A program made the position numbers and the translations under genes. Below the pieces are notes generated by a model. That model made no database searches and was not told the DNA's origin. It was given only the letters and a program-made list of their open reading frames with translations. From Ophelia neglecta (Eukaryota), in contig OZ260665.1 of assembly GCA_965285935.1 (NCBI GenBank), forward strand, positions 46,004,001 through 46,068,000: a stretch of 64,000 bases of DNA. The letters are read 5' to 3'. Shown piece after piece: positions 1-64,000 of this stretch (its first letter is position 1; the number at the start of each line of letters is the position of its first letter).

Positions 1-1702
1 TAGACCTAACGGACTATAACAACCAAGACAGACAGACAAAACATACAGGACAGATTGAGACTACGAAAATATACAGCTCCCGTGCAAACAGGCATTGCCA
101 GAGTATGATCCTTATACTCGCTTGACCTTTCACGTGTTCTAGCTCTCCAAAAATCAAGGGTCGGTCTTACCACATTTTTTTTTTAATTCAAAATTTATGG
201 TTTAAATAGTATGTGACTTCAGCTCCCTAGTATAGGTGGGCTTCATTGAAATGAAATGCTGCCAATCAGTGCCTGCATTTCGCTAAAGGGCTGTTAGTTT
301 GAATTTTGCTAGATTCAGTAGAGCATGGAGCTTGGGGATAATGAAGGGGAAGAACACAGTTTAAGATCAGACAGCGGGTTAAGGATCATGTGATTGTTTT
401 CCTACATGTGATCTAATCATGTGATCCTGTCACATGTACTACATCTAAAGCACTCATTTTATATTCGCACATGCGAAAAAGCTTGCCTGACAGAATATAA
501 CATAATGATAATCAAAAGAAATCTTAGGTGACAACATCACTGAGTAGATGGAATAAATACTGGGAATCTCTTATTTAGCAGACACAGGCAATAGATATAA
601 AGTGTGTTGCATAAAAGGGTGCATATTTTTGGTATCTGGTAAAAAAAATATGCATTAACTTTCAATCCAAAAAGGATCCAAGGCCCACAAATATACTTAT
701 CTTGGCGCCTCCCTACACAATAATAATAATAATAATACAGCAGTATAAAGTTAAATAGGCTAAATATCAAAAGTTAGTCGTTACTATAGACTTATGCTAA
801 TTACTACAATAAAAAACTCGTTCGGAAGACCTCAAACTCTTTACAAAAAGGGACTGGTGCTGTATTAAGTATGGAATGTTTAAAGCTTTGCAAATAACTC
901 TTTATGATCCTAGTTAACATGTAAATATATATATGTGTGTGTGTGTTTATACTAAATACTTATAGGAAATGGTGTTTAAGACTTAAATAAATGAGTGTGA
1001 TATAGTCTGGATGGCTAACTTGAACTGCTCAAACTGGCAACTCATCTCTTTTTCTTTTTTCATATATCACAAAGTTGCATAGAAAATACATTTGAGCGGA
1101 AACAGTGACAATTTTTCGTTTTTGCCAACATATGCGATTATTATCTTCATTTCTCTGTGATTCTACTCAGTTCTTTAGCACATATGAAATCAATCAGAGG
1201 GGGTACTAAAATGGGAAATGTAACTTTTGAGTCACTTTTTTCCAGATTTCAACAATAGATGTCAGCAATTTTCTTCCTGGTTCCCAATTAAAGTTAATTT
1301 TTGTACCATCACCGAACCTGGCCCAACAATGCTATCTGTGATTTTTTTTAGTAAATGCTTTGACCTGTGATAGGTCCCACATACACACACATACCAAATT
1401 CATACACTGCGGTGGCCAATACAAAACAGATACCGATACATTCACAAGTTTACAAGTATGCCCCTATAAGTAGTGAGGTTATTGCGACACATGAGACACC
1501 ATGGAAGGTTAGAAACTTGTAAAAACTAGCGAAATAGCGATATGTCACGACATTGGACTGTCGGACAAAGGCAAGCTGGTCTGTTTGATTAAAATGTCCT
1601 CCCATATGCAGCCAAGTCAGCACCATTTGCAGTAGTGAGTAGGTAAACCGCTAGTAGCCGCACATACAGAGGTGCTTTCTGCGCAGTGTATTGTAATTCC
1701 GG

Positions 1703-58382
<56,680 letters not shown>

Positions 58383-58818
58383 TTCCTGAAATATGAATAA
58401 AGCACACGTTCAGTCATAACCCTGTGTATATACCTGCAATAACCGCATATTTACTTTTACATCGCCAAAAACATTGCGTGTGTTTCAGAATGGCATATTG
58501 CTACATCATTGTCCATGGCATGCCAGAGCATTGCTAGGCAGGCTATAATCAATGGCAATATGGGTATCGGTTTGGGGACAGTTGGCCGCCTCTCCTGGTA
58601 CCGGCCGTGGTAAACAACGCTTAAGATTGACAATATTCCGATTCAATATTTGTTTGCAGCATTCACTCAATCTAGAAGGAAGGTCTGCGCGAGGAACTGC
58701 ATAGGCTCACTTTGCAGGATTGTTTTTGATCTGGCAACTCTGGTTAAACGACAATTACCATGCATGTGGATCGTATATGATGGCCGATCTGCATGTGGTC
58801 GACAGAAGAGACACTTAC

Positions 58819-59040
58819 CGCACTTCCCAGCCGGTGGCCGAAGCAAGGATCCTCTCTCATCTTCCTCGTAATGTATTAGGAATTTACAGAGGACCCATTC
58901 TCTCCGGTCCTGTAGAAATCGCAAAGAGTAAACCCAAGGCAATCGCCAACTTTTGGCGGTCGGACATATAAAAGTCCCCCTGTCACCTCGTATGGTTGTC
59001 TATCGTCCTCCCTTTACGGGTGCAGGCATGGGACCAATCA
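58819..59040 (-). promoter_or_regulatory. Candidate upstream (5'UTR) exon and proximal promoter
   Basis: The acceptor at 58386-58387 implies an upstream exon. Consensus donor GCG|GTAAGT at 58818; TATA-like run at 58967-58974 (canonical TATAAAAG reads on the plus strand); CCAATCA at 59034-59040; CpG-richer context. Confidence 0.4.
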
Positions 59041-60699
59041 GAGGCAACTGCTTCACGCACCGGAAAGGCAAGTTCGGAGGCTATAAATACATACTCTACC
59101 GAGCGTGTATTGCTACATACTTTAGGCTGACGATGGTGGCTTTGTCAAGGCCTGTAAATTCTTATTCATTCAATGGCGGGGCTTACCGCTCTTTCGGGTA
59201 TACAAGTAAGGGAATAGTTTATTACCTAACGTAACGACAATTCCTTAGATCTCGATTCTGCCATCAATAGATATAGTTCACCGCATAAGATGATCCTTTA
59301 ATCCTAGACGTATTGTAGCAGGGTAATTGCTGTCAAACTTACAGAGAACCAAATAGAAAGTGTGCGTGGCAGAACCAAGCGTTTATTTTATCAAGGCTTG
59401 GTCAGCAAGGATGTCACTCTGTAGATGAGAAACTCAAATTGGTCATTAACTTTTGTATTGACAAGCCATACATGAGTACACGTCAGACTGACCAGTACTC
59501 GGTTTACTGCTAGATCAGAATGCATGGGCATCATTGCACAAGCAGGTGTTGAAGGCACCACGATTCATTGACATCAGTTCAAATACTTGCATGACACCTA
59601 GCCAGACCCAACTCGCCAGGATATTCAAGAATGGACCATTTAAAACAATTTACAATTTAATACATCCTTGACTTGCCCAAGTTAAGAATTGGGTAAATAC
59701 CACGTACTATTGTTTACAATGAAAACCTATACTCATTAAGCGGACCAAGTCAAAGACAAGCCATTGAAGGACTAGGGTGGCCAAGCAGCTTGGTCAACAA
59801 GCACTTCGGGGAATAGCTAGAATACCAGCCTCCACTGGGGAAGAGGGGGGGGGGGGGTAATTACTTATTCTTATTACTAACTAGACAGTGTGCTGCTTTT
59901 ATAAGCACCAATCCCTTATCTATCTTCGTAAAAAAAAGTTCAAGGCAAGACACACCTGCACCTATAGGAGTGGTTCCTGTCATTTCTCTCATTGTAATAT
60001 AGTCAAATGAACCAATAGGCCTGCATGGAAAACCGACATAAGCCTAATTCTTTGTTCAAGAACTATGACAGGAATTTTTCTAAGGTGCAAATCTATAGGG
60101 AAAAGGGTGCACTGGACCTTAGTCGGTACTATCACACTTATAAAAATCAGCCATGCAAACATCATAGCAAATAACATTGTGTTTCAATGATACTCAAATA
60201 ACCTGAATACATGACGTCTAGATCATAATTGCAAAACGTGTATCTATACGGTTTCCGGCAGGTCAAAGACAATAAACCAATATAGTACTATAGCAGTTGT
60301 AAACCGTTCAATAGGCCGAGAGTGCGCTTTTTCTCGATTTTTTAGCCTTTGGTACAGAATGATACTTTATTCAAATGTTCATTATTTCTGCCAATCAATT
60401 TAGCTATAGGTTGCCCCAACTGAACAACCAATATTGATTTAATTTAATATAAAAGCCTCCTTTATGTGCATGGTTGAAAATAGTTGTCAGTTCAAAGCTG
60501 TTATACGTACCATATATATGCACAAAAGAAGGTGTTAGCGCGAAATGAAACTAACACTCAATAGCATGTTCGCAATTTAAGTTCTAATACTATTGAGAGA
60601 TGATGAATATTAAACTTCTAGAATGTTAAAATGCTTTAGGGGATCTTTTGGCTGCTTCAGATTAGTCGGAAGCTACAAAACCTGCTAGGCTATATGTAC

Positions 60700-60815
60700 C
60701 TCCTTCTGCCAGACAAAAAGACTATTTGTATCCTTCTGTCAGGCCAAACAACATTTGCATATCCTTCTGCGAGGCCCAAACAACATTTTAATGTGTATCC
60801 TTCTACCAGGCCAAA
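60700..60815. repeat. Degenerate ~30-bp tandem repeat, 4 copies
   Basis: TCCTTCTGCCAG(G/A)C(C)AAA core at ~60701, 60731, 60762, 60798. Confidence 0.7.
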
Positions 60816-61834
60816 ACTTCCTATATGCCTAGGATCTCATAAAGTCTTATTTTTTATTTTGTCCATATATGTTTCCTTATAGCACTACGAGATTAATTGT
60901 GTCATGATCACCACGATAAATGATTGCAAAAATGCAGTACAAGGCAAGTGATGAAACGGTGACAAAACTTAATTGGCAGCAAATACTTGTTTCACACCTC
61001 CAACCGTTATGGGCCACTAATATTATAATGTCTCTTTCCTATAATAGTAAACAGATATTTCTGTATATAGGCCTATCTTTATTATTCATCGTGCAGCCAC
61101 TCACGTATAAAGTATATATTTATAAAGGTTACTAACGCAATCTTACAAGAAAAAGGAGTAGCTCGTTATTGATGTTTCGCGGGGAAAAATATAGAAAAGA
61201 AATAAATTCTGGACAATCTCAAAGCTTAAGGTGACAAACACTTGACGTGTGTTAGAAAGACGCGCAAATTCCAGATGAAAACCTCCGCTGGCATCGGCCA
61301 TGAGTGACTGTTGGTCTCTTGTCATTAAATCGGGCGGCGGATTCAAATAACTGTGGCAGAATTGGCTTGCGCTCAAATAACGCTTCCTATACCAAAAACG
61401 TAAGATATTAGAAGAGGAAATCGCAAACGTTTCCTTTCAGCGAACTATCCCTTAGGAACGAAGCCGCTTCCGCTAGTTCGATCTACCATTTAAGGGTCAT
61501 CGATCGAGTTGTTACTTGGAATGGTAACGATTCATATAGATATTGGCGGGTATTTGTCGGGAGGTCCTTTTTCAGGATCCAGGGAGATGGGGCTTTAATT
61601 CTACTCCATGGAAGGGGGTCTTTTCCCTGGGGCTTTACCAAGTAGAACTACCGCCCCTCCCATTTATGTTCCAATCATGGGACAATGGCCCACAACAGGG
61701 CCTGGTTCAACAAATTCCACAGTTGATCCCTTATATGACCCACTTTCCAGTGCAAGCTAACTTAATAATCAATCTAAATGAGATACCATTCAGGTCCGGC
61801 TTTCTATAAAGCGTCCATATTTAACAGAAAGCTG

Positions 61835-61950
61835 TTTTCCGAGTTTTCTGTTTTCGGAGCATGACTTTCTTTCGGAGCACGTTTCCTTCATAGCAGAGAA
61901 TGTTTTTCTTTCAGAGCACATTTCTTTTAGAGAATGTTTTCTTAAGAGCT
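61835..61950. repeat. Degenerate ~17-bp tandem repeat
   Basis: TTTCTTTC(G/A)GAGCA-like units repeated ~6 times. Confidence 0.55.
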
Positions 61951-64000
61951 CAATTTACCATGCACATCAGTACTAAGCTAGGGTGCCTTTTCTTCGTACA
62001 CCCTCCAATAAAGGAACGATTCTTTGAATGGGTGTTCCCTATGAAACGCTCAACCTACAAGAACGCTTCCTGGGCTGCTTTCGTTACCAAGACTATCTAG
62101 ATACACACATTTTACGGGGAGTTTGTAACAGACTAGATGGCTGGGAGCAGGTACCTTTCCGTTCGTTGGCGTTTGGAGGGGGGAGGGGTGGCATTATTTA
62201 TTCTGTACATGCAACGAGCTGCATCTTTTTCGGTGCTGATTGAAAACCACTCTCGCCGTCCCTCCCCAATTGAATTTTGTCCATTCGTTTAAACAGGACG
62301 TATTTCTGCGCTAATCATGCGACCGGTTTGTCTGCATTATATAAAAGCTCACACAGAATTTAATCGATGGGAAGTGCCTAGAGGCAGATCAACCGTTAAG
62401 AGCGCCGTGATCGGAGAAGAGACGCAGGCGTTGATAGGCTGATGAGCCAGATGCCGGACATGACGAAATCACGCCCGGTCAACCTTTACGACCTCGTGTC
62501 TATGATTGATGTGTGCGTGTCTGGCCTGCAGACCAGGCGGGAGTTCTCAGAGAGATGTGAACGCTGGTATCGCAAAGCGAAACGCCCATTTAGCTTCAAA
62601 TATGATATAATGTTGAGTGGAACATTACAAGGGTGTTCAAACTGGCAAACATGGGCGACACACATAGCCGAAAACACTGTCATGTCATCAAAGTAGATGA
62701 GTAGGCACGCTCGATTAATTAGGGCTGGCTAATATCCAGCATGTAGCGCACATAATAAATTATTCCAACGCCCATCCTGGTATCTCACGATCGATATTAC
62801 GAAATTTGACAAACGACCCCCCCCCCCCTTGGGCTTGTTCCGCCAAATTAATTTGTTCGGAGAAAATTATACATTTCACTCACTTTTCGAAATATGTCCA
62901 CCATCCCGAAAGGAAACCCGCACAGTGCCATCTGTCTTAACCTTGAGATCTGTCCAAATCTTCGCTGATTCACATGTATAGCGCACCATCAAAAGTATCC
63001 GTCTGCCTTATAAATTTCGAATCCTGCATAGGCAATATCCAAATGAAGAATAATAAATTAAGTAAATAAGTAAACAATATTATGCATAGTATTCCACGGC
63101 GTGTCACTGCTTTGATTTCTGTTACAGTTTTGATAGGTATAAAATACAAAAACACAGTCTTATGCCATGCGCAAGAAGTCAACCCACACCACAAGACATG
63201 ACAGGAAATCAGGCACGGCGTCGACCTATGTCCCCGCGGTTTATCTCTCGTTCTTAGTACCAGTCAAGCGTGAACACCAATTCCGATGTAAATGGTGGCA
63301 AAAATAAACTTTGCGGCTTGCCTTTCCTAGTTTGAAGAAAAGCTAACATACGTACTTCCGTCCCTCCTACGCTGTCTATTGGCATACAGTAGCTTACAGT
63401 GCGATTCGTGACTACCTGGACACGGGGCCCGAGCGTGTCGTAGGCAGAACGGAGATGGCCGATTCCTGAACAACACCTCGGCTGCTGACGTCTCTGACGG
63501 CTAGGTCCGGGTCATGTCTGGTGGACACGGCACCAGATGCCAGAGCTGAGAGTGGAGGAGGTACCCAGTCATCAGTGTGGACCAGAGCATCAGGCTACCA
63601 TATTTCTTTCGTGTTTTGGGGCCCTGATTATTAACTAGGCTGTGTACTCTCTGATCGCTTGGCTCCTCTTGAGTTACCAGCCAGCATTCGGCTCAGGTAG
63701 CCATAGGGGGGTGGCTTAGCAACTCCTAGCCGTGAGGTGATTATCTGGCTAGGCTACGGCGCCTGTCTCTCAGCCACCAGGTGCGCACGTGCGTGCAAAA
63801 CCTACATGAAAATACGGCAAAATTAGGCGAAATTCATTTCTGGCATTGCTGCGTCATTTATCAATAAATTACAGGGTGGCTTCCACTCTGGCATGAACCT
63901 AGCTACAAAATCGAGACTTTTTTCCTGGCGCGCGATTAAGTCTCCCGCATCCTATACGTGACTGCTAGGCCAAGGTTGAGGAAATAGTGCAACAGTGAAC

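Noticed and set aside
63380-63790. GC-richer block, possibly a repeat or ncRNA
   Set aside because: No terminal repeats, tRNA boxes or ORF that I can support without a database search.

Overview
AT-rich eukaryotic (animal, probably marine invertebrate/lophotrochozoan) genomic DNA. Almost the whole window is one intron-rich minus-strand gene that the ORF track shows only in fragments. I reconstructed 28 coding exons by hand from GT-AG junctions (ATG at 58382, stop TAA at 1703). All phases join, giving 17,148 nt = 5,715 aa. Architecture: signal peptide (MKLLVGLVLFAALWIQPGHA|Q); ~175-aa Cys-free, beta-rich N-terminal domain I cannot assign to a family; ~5,200-residue Thr-rich collagenous domain (about 1,730 Gly-X-Y triplets over 20 exons, about 1,600 apparently uninterrupted, predicted ~1.5 um rod); three EGF-like domains plus one truncated 4-Cys Ca-binding EGF; short heptad coiled coil; single transmembrane helix; ~80-aa Ser-rich cytoplasmic tail ending in a PDZ-type motif (VTKL). 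This is a giant type I transmembrane collagen with Gly-X-Thr chemistry reminiscent of annelid/vestimentiferan cuticle collagens. Other features: two candidate 12-nt microexons bracketing the collagen domain, a candidate upstream exon/promoter near 58.8-59.0 kb in a CpG-richer zone, two Tc1/pogo-type MITEs and several minisatellites. The Pro/Val-rich plus-strand ORFs are antisense shadows of the collagen. The model is unverified by transcript data.
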